Source of the DNA: Candidatus Auribacter fodinae | Lineage (GTDB): Bacteria; Auribacterota; Auribacteria; Auribacterales; Auribacteraceae | Assembly: GCA_003599815.1 (NCBI GenBank) | Contig: QZJZ01000073.1 | Span: 14,556 to 78,555, forward strand | DNA: 64,000 bases | Reading direction: 5' to 3' | In this document: positions 38,754 through 47,017 of the stretch, in pieces | Numbering within the stretch: position 1 is the first letter of the stretch | Layout of the letters: the number at the start of each line of letters is the position of its first letter | Position numbers and translations under genes: made by a program | The notes under the pieces: model-generated | Told to the model about the DNA's origin: nothing | Databases searched by the model: none | What the model saw: only the letters and a program-made list of their open reading frames with translations

Positions 38754-39481
38754 TGAAATCAACTGTTTCACTGGCAATCTGTTTTTTAGTCCTTCTTGTC
38801 TCATGGACAAACTCATATTGCGAGGAGAAACTGATTTTCCGTGATACGTATCGGAGCAAGGAAACAGAATCAGGAACCAGTCTGCCTGAAATTCAGGAAG
38901 AAATGGTGTCATCTGATAACGGCATTATTTTCAGGCGGTACAAAAAAGACGGCAACGCGGAAAAAACGCTCCAATGCATCTTTGAAACTCAAACCAGGCA
39001 ATTGATATCCGCTCATGTGGAACGTAGTCATGACGGGGAAGTCTATGAGACGGTGGATGTTTCCGTAGAACCCAAACAGGTGGTTTATAGCCGCGCCTGC
39101 GAAAAATCCGAACGGAAAACGATTAAACGGAAAAGCTCTGATCTGATATCCGTGCCGGACGCCCTGCATTTTTCCATCGGGAAACTGGGCATCAAAAAAG
39201 GTGAGATGAAAAACATTATGATGATTAACTGGGACGGCGGGTCATTGATGTTCACCATAAAAGGGAAAGATGATGTCTGGATCGATGGAAACCGGTACCG
39301 GGAAATATCCTGTCAGCCGAACCTGCCGTTTTTCGCTCAGGCATTTGTGAAGTGGGAAAATACGTACTGGTATCCTGTGGACAGCCCCTACATGGCGTTG
39401 TTCCGCGGAAAACAGGGGCCGTTTGATAAACCGATCGAGATATGGCGGGCTCAAACAGGACGGGTTGAAGTTACTCAATAA
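38753..39481 (+). CDS. secreted hypothetical protein
   Basis: The ATG overlaps the upstream stop (TGATG). Signal peptide VSLAICFLVLLVSWTNSYC. Confidence 0.5.
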   Translation: MKSTVSLAICFLVLLVSWTNSYCEEKLIFRDTYRSKETESGTSLPEIQEEMVSSDNGIIFRRYKKDGNAEKTLQCIFETQTRQLISAHVERSHDGEVYETVDVSVEPKQVVYSRACEKSERKTIKRKSSDLISVPDALHFSIGKLGIKKGEMKNIMMINWDGGSLMFTIKGKDDVWIDGNRYREISCQPNLPFFAQAFVKWENTYWYPVDSPYMALFRGKQGPFDKPIEIWRAQTGRVEVTQ

Positions 39482-39493
39482 ACGGAGGATATC

Positions 39494-40846
39494 ATGAGCG
39501 AGCGCCATGCCGCGCTGAACACGGATTTATACGAACTGACCATGAGCGCAGGGTACTTTTTTAGTAAAAAAAATACCATCGCTACTTTCGAGTTGTTTTT
39601 TCGTAACCTTCCTGACAACAGGCAGTACCTTGTATTCAGCGGGCTTAAGAGGATAGTGGAATACCTGCTGTCATTACGGTTTACAGGCGATGAAATAGCA
39701 TATATCCGTGAGCACGATGCGTTCAGGCACATCGATGAATCATTCTTTGAGTATCTCAAGAAGGTATCATTCACCGGAACGCTTCGTTCTGTTCCTGAAG
39801 GGACAATAGTATTCGATACTGAGCCTGTAATTCAGGTAACCGCGCCGATCATTGAAGCGCAACTCATAGAAACATATCTCCTTGCGAGCGTTCACATAGA
39901 AACACTGGTCGCCTCAAAAGCGGCACGGGTAGTTGATGCCGCGTATCCTGCTCCGGTGCTGGAGTTCGGGTCACGCCGAGCGCATGGGACTGAAGCGGCG
40001 GTTCTTGCGGCGCGGGCGGCGTATATTGCCGGATGCGCGGGCACATCGAACGTCAAAGCGGGCATGGAGTTCGGCATACCTACATACGGCACAATGGCGC
40101 ATGCGTGGGTGGAAGCGTTTGACGAGGAATCCGATTCGTTCGAGACTTATCATAAGCTCTTTCCGCACAAGACAATTTTTATTGTAGATACCTATGACGT
40201 ACCTGCCGCCATCGAGAAAATTATCAGGATGGGAAAACGGATTGACGGTGTGCGTATCGACAGCGGCGATCCGCTTGAAACGAGCAGGGCTGTGCGTGCT
40301 CAGCTCGATTCTGCGGGATTAACGGATATAAAAATTTTTGCCAGCGGTAATCTTGATGAGTATAAGATCAGGGAACTTGTCAGCCGGTCCGCGCCTGTTG
40401 ACGGGTATGGAGTTGGAACCCAGATGGTTACATCCGCGGATTGCCCCAGCCTGAATGTCGTGTATAAACTGGTGCAGGTGACTGAGCCGGACGGCACGGA
40501 GAAGCCCTGTTTCAAGATGAGTTCCGGCAAAAAGCTGTATCCGGGCAAAAAGCAGGTTTACCGCATATCCGAGGGAGATAAGTTCACGAAAGATTATGTC
40601 TGCCGCGATACCGAACTTGTTCCGAAATCAGGGAAATCATTGCTGGAAACGTATATTGAGCATGGAAAACCGGTTAGGGATATTCCGCGTGAATCAATTA
40701 CGCGCCAGTATGTTATGGATCAGAAGAAACAGTTTGATGCGGCACTTTTTGATTTTCCCTCATCGTATAAATATCACGTGGAAGTCAGTGATGGGCTTGA
40801 AAAAGAGTACCTTGCTCTGCGTGAAAAAATGATGGCAGATAATTAA
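39494..40846 (+). CDS. pncB: nicotinate phosphoribosyltransferase
   Basis: NTDLYELTMSAGYF N-terminus. FGSRRAHG and GTSN motifs. Confidence 0.85.
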   Translation: MSERHAALNTDLYELTMSAGYFFSKKNTIATFELFFRNLPDNRQYLVFSGLKRIVEYLLSLRFTGDEIAYIREHDAFRHIDESFFEYLKKVSFTGTLRSVPEGTIVFDTEPVIQVTAPIIEAQLIETYLLASVHIETLVASKAARVVDAAYPAPVLEFGSRRAHGTEAAVLAARAAYIAGCAGTSNVKAGMEFGIPTYGTMAHAWVEAFDEESDSFETYHKLFPHKTIFIVDTYDVPAAIEKIIRMGKRIDGVRIDSGDPLETSRAVRAQLDSAGLTDIKIFASGNLDEYKIRELVSRSAPVDGYGVGTQMVTSADCPSLNVVYKLVQVTEPDGTEKPCFKMSSGKKLYPGKKQVYRISEGDKFTKDYVCRDTELVPKSGKSLLETYIEHGKPVRDIPRESITRQYVMDQKKQFDAALFDFPSSYKYHVEVSDGLEKEYLALREKMMADN

Positions 40847-40882
40847 ATTAGGGACACATCCCAATTTATTGATTAATTCCTT

Positions 40883-40917
40883 GTCATTGGGCGGAGCGAA
40901 GCGGCAAACCAATCTCC
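40883..40917 (+). repeat. dispersed palindromic element, copy A
   Basis: GTCATTGGGCGGAGCGAAGCGGCAAACCAATCTCC, followed at 40966-40985 by the GGGCAGG/CCTGCCC hairpin. Confidence 0.5.
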
Positions 40918-41008
40918 TCCGCTGATGTTTTAGGGTGAAACCGTTGCAAATCAGCTTTTTAGAACGGGCAGGTCAGTGCCCTGCCCCTACAATATATTTA
41001 TGAATGAT

Positions 41009-41042
41009 GTCATTGCGAAACGAACTCAGTTCGTAAATCACC
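41009..41042 (+). repeat. dispersed palindromic element, degenerate copy B
   Basis: GTCATTGCGAAACGAACTCAGTTCGTAAATCACC, with the inner stem ACGAAC/GTTCGT. Confidence 0.4.
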
Positions 41043-41117
41043 TCAGCAAGTTATAAAAACATAATTTTGTGTTGTAAGTGAAGTAGGAAGGATACGATAG
41101 TTCTATGTCACAACCAA

Positions 41118-41438
41118 TCAGTCAATTTCAATGCCTTCCGTGACGGCTTCTTTAACAATGGTGATTTGATCTTTCAGCGTATTAAATTCTTCTTGCGTAT
41201 AACACAGGAAATCAACAGGATATTTAAATTCCCAGTGTTTGAAGAAACCTAAAAGGCGATGGCGAAATTTTTTTCCTTCAAATTGTTTTGAAACAAGGAT
41301 GAGGTCTATATCAGAGTCGGCTTTGAAATTCCCTTTGACTCTTGATCCGAAAAAGATCATTTTGCTGATATGAAGTTCTTTGCCAAGACTTTGTTTAAAA
41401 GATTGCAGGTTTTTAATCAAAGATGTCTTTCGATCCAT
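41118..41438 (-). CDS. MNT-type nucleotidyltransferase (antitoxin-like partner of HEPN)
   Basis: The minimal nucleotidyltransferase motif FGSRVKGNFKADSDIDL is diagnostic. Confidence 0.75.
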   Translation of the reverse strand: MDRKTSLIKNLQSFKQSLGKELHISKMIFFGSRVKGNFKADSDIDLILVSKQFEGKKFRHRLLGFFKHWEFKYPVDFLCYTQEEFNTLKDQITIVKEAVTEGIEID

Positions 41439-41554
41439 GCTAACACCTCTTCCGCGATACGAATATCCTCAAGTGATGCTTCTTTAGTGAATTCCTCAAA
41501 CTGTCCGCTGGCGTCCGGATATCTTATAGTTCTGACCTGCGAAGAAGCCCTAAT
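41417..41554 (-). pseudogene. C-terminal remnant of a HEPN-domain gene (no start codon)
   Basis: The minus-strand frame reads ...IRYPDASGQFEEFTKEASLEDIRIAEEVLAWIERHL*. Its stop overlaps the MNT start. The frame is closed by a stop at 41555-41557 and has no ATG. Confidence 0.45.
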
Positions 41555-42114
41555 TTAGTAGGGCCAAACTTATCATAAAAATCTTTATCTTCACTTAAAA
41601 CCGTAACATGACATTTTATTTTTTTCCCTCTACCTAAGTTCTTAGGAACCTTCAACCTTTGTAAGGCTAAAAAACCTTCGGATCTTCCTCTAGAAATAAA
41701 ATAATAATCTGAACCCGTTGAGATTGAATACGTAAGTTTGTTATTTATGTAAAAATCTATTTTTAAACTCAACTTAAGTTGAAACTCTTCCCATGTTAAA
41801 TCAGGAGCTAATTTATCTATAAAAAGTCCAATTTCATATGGTCCGACATACTTAATTTCAAAAACAAATTCTTTGGAATAATTCTTTTTGGAGATATCAA
41901 TATCTTCTTTAAAAACGGACAGAAACAAATCATTTGGACACCAAAAATATTCCACTACATTTCTCATACAGCCTATCCATGCTTGTTGACACCAAAACTC
42001 CCTATTATAGGACATAGAAAAAAATAAAGCGATAGTTACAATTACAACAATTATAATTATTAATCTTTTCATTATTCTTTTTCCTTTAGCCATTTGCCCC
42101 TTCAATTCTTTCAC
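41524..42114 (-). CDS. membrane-anchored hypothetical protein in AT-rich islet
   Basis: TM segment LIIIIVVIVTIALFF (the likely start is the internal M at 42072). Strongly AT-rich codons. Confidence 0.5.
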   Translation of the reverse strand: MKELKGQMAKGKRIMKRLIIIIVVIVTIALFFSMSYNREFWCQQAWIGCMRNVVEYFWCPNDLFLSVFKEDIDISKKNYSKEFVFEIKYVGPYEIGLFIDKLAPDLTWEEFQLKLSLKIDFYINNKLTYSISTGSDYYFISRGRSEGFLALQRLKVPKNLGRGKKIKCHVTVLSEDKDFYDKFGPTKLGLLRRSEL

Positions 42115-42532
42115 GAAGCTCGTCTAGGTTTGTTTCAGGCATTACATAAAACCATTTGCTTGTATTATTGCACTGAATTGTAATTACAAATAAATGAGCA
42201 AAAACTTTTGGAGCTAAAACACTTTTCGTTATCGAAACAACATTTGTATATTGATAACTCTTTCTTAACAAGCCGATTATGAAAAATGTATCGTGGAAAG
42301 TGGAATATTTAAGACGAAACATAAACCATTGGCAAATAATTGCTGGAAAAATTATAAACATAAAAAGAATACAAACGAGAAATATTAATTGATCTCTCTT
42401 GAAATAGTTTGTAACAGACATTAACATCAATGTTACGCGAGTTAATATTAAGAATATGCCAAACCACCAACTCCCTTTGATAAAGTAGAATTGTCCATCT
42501 GGCTTTATAACAGTTTTACCATGATGAGCCAT
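42086..42532 (-). CDS. polytopic small membrane protein in AT-rich islet
   Basis: Two or three TM segments (WWFGIFLILTRVTLMLM, LIFLVCILFMFIIFPAIICQWF). Overlaps the downstream ORF by 29 nt. Confidence 0.5.
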   Translation of the reverse strand: MAHHGKTVIKPDGQFYFIKGSWWFGIFLILTRVTLMLMSVTNYFKRDQLIFLVCILFMFIIFPAIICQWFMFRLKYSTFHDTFFIIGLLRKSYQYTNVVSITKSVLAPKVFAHLFVITIQCNNTSKWFYVMPETNLDELRERIEGANG

Positions 42533-42571
42533 TGTTACTTGTTCCTAAAATCAGAATTCAAAAAGAGTCGT

Positions 42572-43330
42572 TTACCTATAAAACTGTTTTGCGAGCCAGT
42601 CACCGATTGTATCGATAATCTTTTTGCTGTCTTTGGAGGCGAACATATCCGTGCCATGACCCGCTTCGGGGAAAATGAGATGCACATCTTCTTTATACCC
42701 GCCAGCCTTTATAAGTTGTTCCGAAGCAGACGATTCCTTTTCGTCAGATAACATCAGCAGAGGTTTCGGCGCGAAACTCTTTATATGTTCCAGAGAATTG
42801 ACCTGCAGATAATTCGTGCCCGGCGACATAAGCACCGCGCCCCGCACTTGCTCCAGCTTTGATCCGGCAAGCAGAGCCACACTGCACCCGATACTCGCGC
42901 CGACAATCAGGGTGCGGTCTGTCATGCAGGCGGGGTACTGCTTGAGGTACTCGATACCCGCTTCCACATCCTGCCATGCGTCGATGAACATGTTGTCCGT
43001 CTTTGACTTAGGATACGTAAACCGGAACTCTTTACCGTCTTTTACGGTGCTCTGCCCGTGCCCGCGCAGGTCGATGGACAGAATCGTGAAACCCCGGTTG
43101 TACCAGTCGGCTACGGCTGGTTCCCATGTCTGTCGCGACCGCCCGTACATGTGAAGCAGGATAAGGACAGGCGACGGTTTTGACGGCGGGTAATAATCCG
43201 CGAAAATCGTGACATTATCTTTTGTGATAAATGATACTTCCTTGAAATCAAGCGGCTCAGACGCTTTTTTTGAACAACCCGCAAGCGCCAGACTCACTGC
43301 CAGAACCCAGAGTACGCTGATCCTTCTCAT
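42572..43330 (-). CDS. alpha/beta hydrolase lipoprotein
   Basis: Lipobox LALAGC. Nucleophile elbow GASIGCS. HMYGRS and GHG motifs. Confidence 0.7.
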   Translation of the reverse strand: MRRISVLWVLAVSLALAGCSKKASEPLDFKEVSFITKDNVTIFADYYPPSKPSPVLILLHMYGRSRQTWEPAVADWYNRGFTILSIDLRGHGQSTVKDGKEFRFTYPKSKTDNMFIDAWQDVEAGIEYLKQYPACMTDRTLIVGASIGCSVALLAGSKLEQVRGAVLMSPGTNYLQVNSLEHIKSFAPKPLLMLSDEKESSASEQLIKAGGYKEDVHLIFPEAGHGTDMFASKDSKKIIDTIGDWLAKQFYR

Positions 43331-43415
43331 GGCAACCCCTTTCTCATAAGTGAATGAAAAAAATAAACATTACTTACATTAATCATATTGTGATGATTTT
43401 GCAAAGAAAATTTTC

Positions 43416-43444
43416 TTGAAATGCGTAAATAATTACGCTATATT
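43416..43444 (+). promoter_or_regulatory. lexA promoter with embedded palindrome (candidate LexA operator)
   Basis: TTGAAA (43416-21), a 17-nt spacer and TATATT (43439-44). The spacer is almost entirely the perfect palindrome GCGTAA-ATAA-TTACGC (43423-43438). Confidence 0.5.
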
Positions 43445-43477
43445 ATTTACGGATAAATAGGAATCAGGGAGGCAGGG

Positions 43478-44116
43478 ATGAAAAAAACGCTCACCGGAAG
43501 GCAGAGGGAAATACTGGATTTTATAGCGGCTCATGCGGAGGAAGCGGGTTATGCGCCGTCACTGCAGGAGATAGCGGCTCATTTCAGGTTTACGTCGATA
43601 ACCACTGTGGTGAACCATCTTAACGCTCTGGAACGCAAAGGCGCTATTCAGCGTCCCCGCGGCGCGCGCACCATGACAGTCAGCGAGAAATACCGCAAAA
43701 AAGCCCCGGTTCAGGATATGGACGGGCGCATGGTCATGGTTCCGGTTATCGGGCGTGTCGCCGCCGGACAACCGATTCTCGCTGTTGAGGATGTGGAAGA
43801 CCAGTTCGTCATGGACAGCAGGCTTGTCCGTTACGGCAACGCGTTTTTACTGCGGGTAAAAGGCGACAGTATGATCGACGCGCATATCGAAGACGGCGAC
43901 CTTGTGCTGGTCAAGCCTCAGCACTCTGCGGACAACAACGATATAGTCGTTGCCATGGTTGACGACGAAGCCACGGTCAAGCGGTACCGCCTGAGTTCTG
44001 ACAGCGTTGAGCTTATACCGGAAAACCCGGCGTACGATGTACTCCGTTTTCCGCGGCGGGATTGTCCGGTATCAATTATCGGGCTGGTAATCGGCGTGTT
44101 CCGGCATTACCGGTAA
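43478..44116 (+). CDS. lexA: LexA repressor
   Basis: LTGRQREILDFI wHTH N-terminus. VAAG cleavage site, KGDSM catalytic Ser, VKRY Lys. Confidence 0.95.
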   Translation: MKKTLTGRQREILDFIAAHAEEAGYAPSLQEIAAHFRFTSITTVVNHLNALERKGAIQRPRGARTMTVSEKYRKKAPVQDMDGRMVMVPVIGRVAAGQPILAVEDVEDQFVMDSRLVRYGNAFLLRVKGDSMIDAHIEDGDLVLVKPQHSADNNDIVVAMVDDEATVKRYRLSSDSVELIPENPAYDVLRFPRRDCPVSIIGLVIGVFRHYR

Positions 44117-44209
44117 CGCAAGAGGGAGTCAATCGCGATTTGACATTCTCAACCTGCCATTATTCTTCCCAACAAGTGTAATGTATGTTAATGTAATACG
44201 TTTTTTAGC

Positions 44210-44249
44210 GGAGGGGATTGCCACAGCCTCTTCGAGGCTTCGCAATGAC
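44210..44249 (-). repeat. dispersed palindromic element, copy D
   Basis: The reverse complement reads GTCATTGCGAAGCCTCGAAGAGGCTGTGGCAATCCCCTCC, with the nested stem AGCCTC/GAGGCT. Confidence 0.5.
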
Positions 44250-44289
44250 ATTTTTTATTTCAGCAATTACATCTAAAACGGATGGTACT

Positions 44290-45261
44290 ATGATTAAGGG
44301 AATACTACTGAGCGCAATAATAGCGTTTTTCGCTATCAATATGGGAGGCGGTAATTTTGCCGCATCGTTCGCCGCCGCGTATGGAGGGCGTGTTGTCACG
44401 AAACGCCGTGCTCAGATACTGTTTATTATATTTGTCATTCTTGGCGCGATACTGGTGGGCAAACCTGTGGCAAAGACGCTTGGGTCACGTATAATTCCCT
44501 CGGAACTGCTTACTGTCGACACGGTGCTTGTCATCTGTTTTACCGCAACGTGCAGTCTGTTCATTGCCAACCTGTTAAAAGTACCGCAGTCTACCAGTAT
44601 GGTGTCGGTCGGGTCAATAATCGGCGTGGGGCTGTTTCATAAGCAGGTATATCTGTCGACAATTATGTATCTTATTCCTTTTTGGATACTTATGCCGTTA
44701 ATAGGGTATATTCTGACCTATTTTTTCGGGAGAATGATATATCCGCCGCGGGCGTCGAATTTCTGGATATATGAGAAACTGGTCAACCATCGAAAACGGC
44801 TCGCTTTTTTTGTGATAATGGCAAGCTGTTATAACGCCTTCAGTGTGGGTACGAACAATGTATCCAATGCCGTCGGACCTCTTGTTGGAGCCGGCATACT
44901 GGATGTTATGCTTGGGCTCGCGCTGATCGCCCCTGTATTTGGAATGGGAGGGATAGTTTTTGATAAAGTGCTCACTTCCACCAGCGATGAAATTATACCG
45001 CTTGGCTTGCTGACCGCTACGATTATCTGTTTTGTATGCGGGTCGCTGATGATTATCGCGTCTATTCTTGGCGTGCCGCAGTCGTTTGTCATGATAAAGG
45101 TCGCATCCGTCATAGCGGTAAGCGGGCTCAAAGACGGACATGCCATTACATTTCGCAATCGTGTCATACAGAAAACGTGCATTACGTGGATGGTTACTCC
45201 GATTATTTCCATTTTTCTCTCATATGCCCTGACCGCGGCGTTGTTTTACTTCACTCGCTGA
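44290..45261 (+). CDS. PiT-family inorganic phosphate (or sulfate) transporter
   Basis: Start moved to 44290 (MIKGILL). Duplicated signature GGNFAASFAAAYG and GTNNVSNAVGPLVG. Polytopic. Confidence 0.7.
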   Translation: MIKGILLSAIIAFFAINMGGGNFAASFAAAYGGRVVTKRRAQILFIIFVILGAILVGKPVAKTLGSRIIPSELLTVDTVLVICFTATCSLFIANLLKVPQSTSMVSVGSIIGVGLFHKQVYLSTIMYLIPFWILMPLIGYILTYFFGRMIYPPRASNFWIYEKLVNHRKRLAFFVIMASCYNAFSVGTNNVSNAVGPLVGAGILDVMLGLALIAPVFGMGGIVFDKVLTSTSDEIIPLGLLTATIICFVCGSLMIIASILGVPQSFVMIKVASVIAVSGLKDGHAITFRNRVIQKTCITWMVTPIISIFLSYALTAALFYFTR

Positions 45262-45341
45262 TAGTGGCGCTCTTGACTCCGGGATACGTTTGCGGTATAG
45301 TAGTTTGTCACTGCAAAACTGATCTGTAATGGGGTAAACTG

Positions 45342-46388
45342 ATGTTTTTTGTTATTGGCACAAGTTATAAATACAGCCCGCTTGAACATATAGAACTGAT
45401 CTCGTTCACCCGCAAACGGGCGGCTCAGGCACGCGCGCATTTTATGCACAGCGGCTCCATGAATGGCGCAATTATTGTATCTACCTGCAACCGTGTGGAA
45501 CTGTACGTTTCCGCACCGGATATGTATGCGGCGTTCAGTGTAATACGCGAATATTTCTGTTCGTGGTGCGGTATGGAAAACCACACCGTAATACCGTATT
45601 TATATATGCATAGCGGAAAAGATGCGCTCGCGCACCTGTTCCGGGTAACTGCGGGGTTGGATTCCATGGTGCCGGGTGAGACGCAGGTACTTGGGCAGAT
45701 GAAAGAGGCGTTTCAGGAATCGATTGCGGATGGCGCGGCTGATTCTGCTCTTGAACAGTGGTTTCAAGCCGCTTTTGCCGCCGCGCGGCAACTGCATGGG
45801 CGCACGGCTTTATCTTCAGGCAAAGTGTCGATCGGCAGTGTGGCGGTCAGCCTGATGGTGTCTGTGTATCCTGATATTCATCGTAAAAAAGTGCTGATTA
45901 TCGGCGTGGGGAAGGTATCCGGACTGGTACTTAAATATTTGCATAAAGCCGGGCCTGCAGTGGTTTTTATCGCGAACCGTTCCTACGACAGGGCGGAGCG
46001 CCTTGCCGGGAGCATCGGCGGACAGGCATTCAGGTTTGACGAGTTGGAAACCGCGGTCAGAAATGCTGATGTGATTATATCTGCCACAGCCAGCCCGCAT
46101 CTTATAATCAAACACGCTCTTATGAATAAAATAGTTGAGAGCGAGAGTGATACGCCTAAAAAGCGCCTGTTTGTCGATCTTGCATTGCCCCGCGACATTG
46201 ATCCGGCGATAGGAGTACTTTCAGGCGTAACGTTGTACGATCTGCACGGGCTGAACAGGGTGATAGACGAAACCCTGTCGGTGCGCAAACAGGAAGCACA
46301 GCGTGCTGAACCATTCATCATGAAAAAGGTAGCGAAGATATGGGAACAATATACCGTGTCGGAACACGCTCAAGCCCGCTCGCTTTGA
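45342..46388 (+). CDS. hemA: glutamyl-tRNA reductase (short C-terminus)
   Basis: STCNRVELY with the catalytic Cys, GETQVLGQ, and GVGKVSG NADPH fold. Ends early within the dimerisation region. Confidence 0.85.
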   Translation: MFFVIGTSYKYSPLEHIELISFTRKRAAQARAHFMHSGSMNGAIIVSTCNRVELYVSAPDMYAAFSVIREYFCSWCGMENHTVIPYLYMHSGKDALAHLFRVTAGLDSMVPGETQVLGQMKEAFQESIADGAADSALEQWFQAAFAAARQLHGRTALSSGKVSIGSVAVSLMVSVYPDIHRKKVLIIGVGKVSGLVLKYLHKAGPAVVFIANRSYDRAERLAGSIGGQAFRFDELETAVRNADVIISATASPHLIIKHALMNKIVESESDTPKKRLFVDLALPRDIDPAIGVLSGVTLYDLHGLNRVIDETLSVRKQEAQRAEPFIMKKVAKIWEQYTVSEHAQARSL

Positions 46389-47014
46389 TTCAGGTTGACG
46401 AAATCCTCTCTAGATTGCGGACAGCCCATCCGGCGCTGAAATTTTCTATCGTGAAAATAGATACCTATGGCGACATCGATAAGAAGACGCCTATTTCACA
46501 GGTTGAAGGTTCTGATTTTTTTACCCGCGAGATAGATACCGCTTTGCTGAATGGCGACATTGATTTCGCGATACACAGCGCCAAGGATTTGCCTGACACT
46601 CTGCCTCAGGGTATATGTATAGCCGCTATAACCCGCCCGAAGTGCCGGCATGACGCGCTGGTGTCTAAAGGGAATCTGACTCTTGACCAGCTCAAGCCCG
46701 GAGCGGTAATAGGAACGAGCAGTATACGGCGCAAAACCGCTTTGAAAACATACCGTCCCGATCTGCAGATTGCGGATATACGCGGTACAATCGGTGAACG
46801 GCTTACTATATTGGATTCCAGCGATATGGATGCGGTGATTATCGCCGCCTGCGCGCTGGAACGGCTGGGCCTTGAGCATCGTATCGCTCAGCGCATACCG
46901 TTTGATATACTCGAACCGCATCCTTTGCAGGGCGCGCTGGCAGTGACAACTCGTTCGAGCGATGCTGATCTGATCGGCATCATGTCTGAAATAGATGAAA
47001 TGGCGAAAGAGTAA
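46340..47014 (+). CDS. hemC: hydroxymethylbilane synthase, domains 1-2 only
   Basis: VGTRSSPLALIQ, HSAKDLP, GTSSIRR and GALAV motifs. Ends about 90 aa before canonical HemC, with no domain 3. Confidence 0.8.
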   Translation: MGTIYRVGTRSSPLALIQVDEILSRLRTAHPALKFSIVKIDTYGDIDKKTPISQVEGSDFFTREIDTALLNGDIDFAIHSAKDLPDTLPQGICIAAITRPKCRHDALVSKGNLTLDQLKPGAVIGTSSIRRKTALKTYRPDLQIADIRGTIGERLTILDSSDMDAVIIAACALERLGLEHRIAQRIPFDILEPHPLQGALAVTTRSSDADLIGIMSEIDEMAKE

Positions 47015-47017
47015 GTT

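Noticed and set aside
44218-44289. Upstream start for the PiT transporter ORF
   Set aside because: The extra 24 codons translate a copy of the dispersed palindromic element. MIKGILL at 44290 begins the first TM segment.
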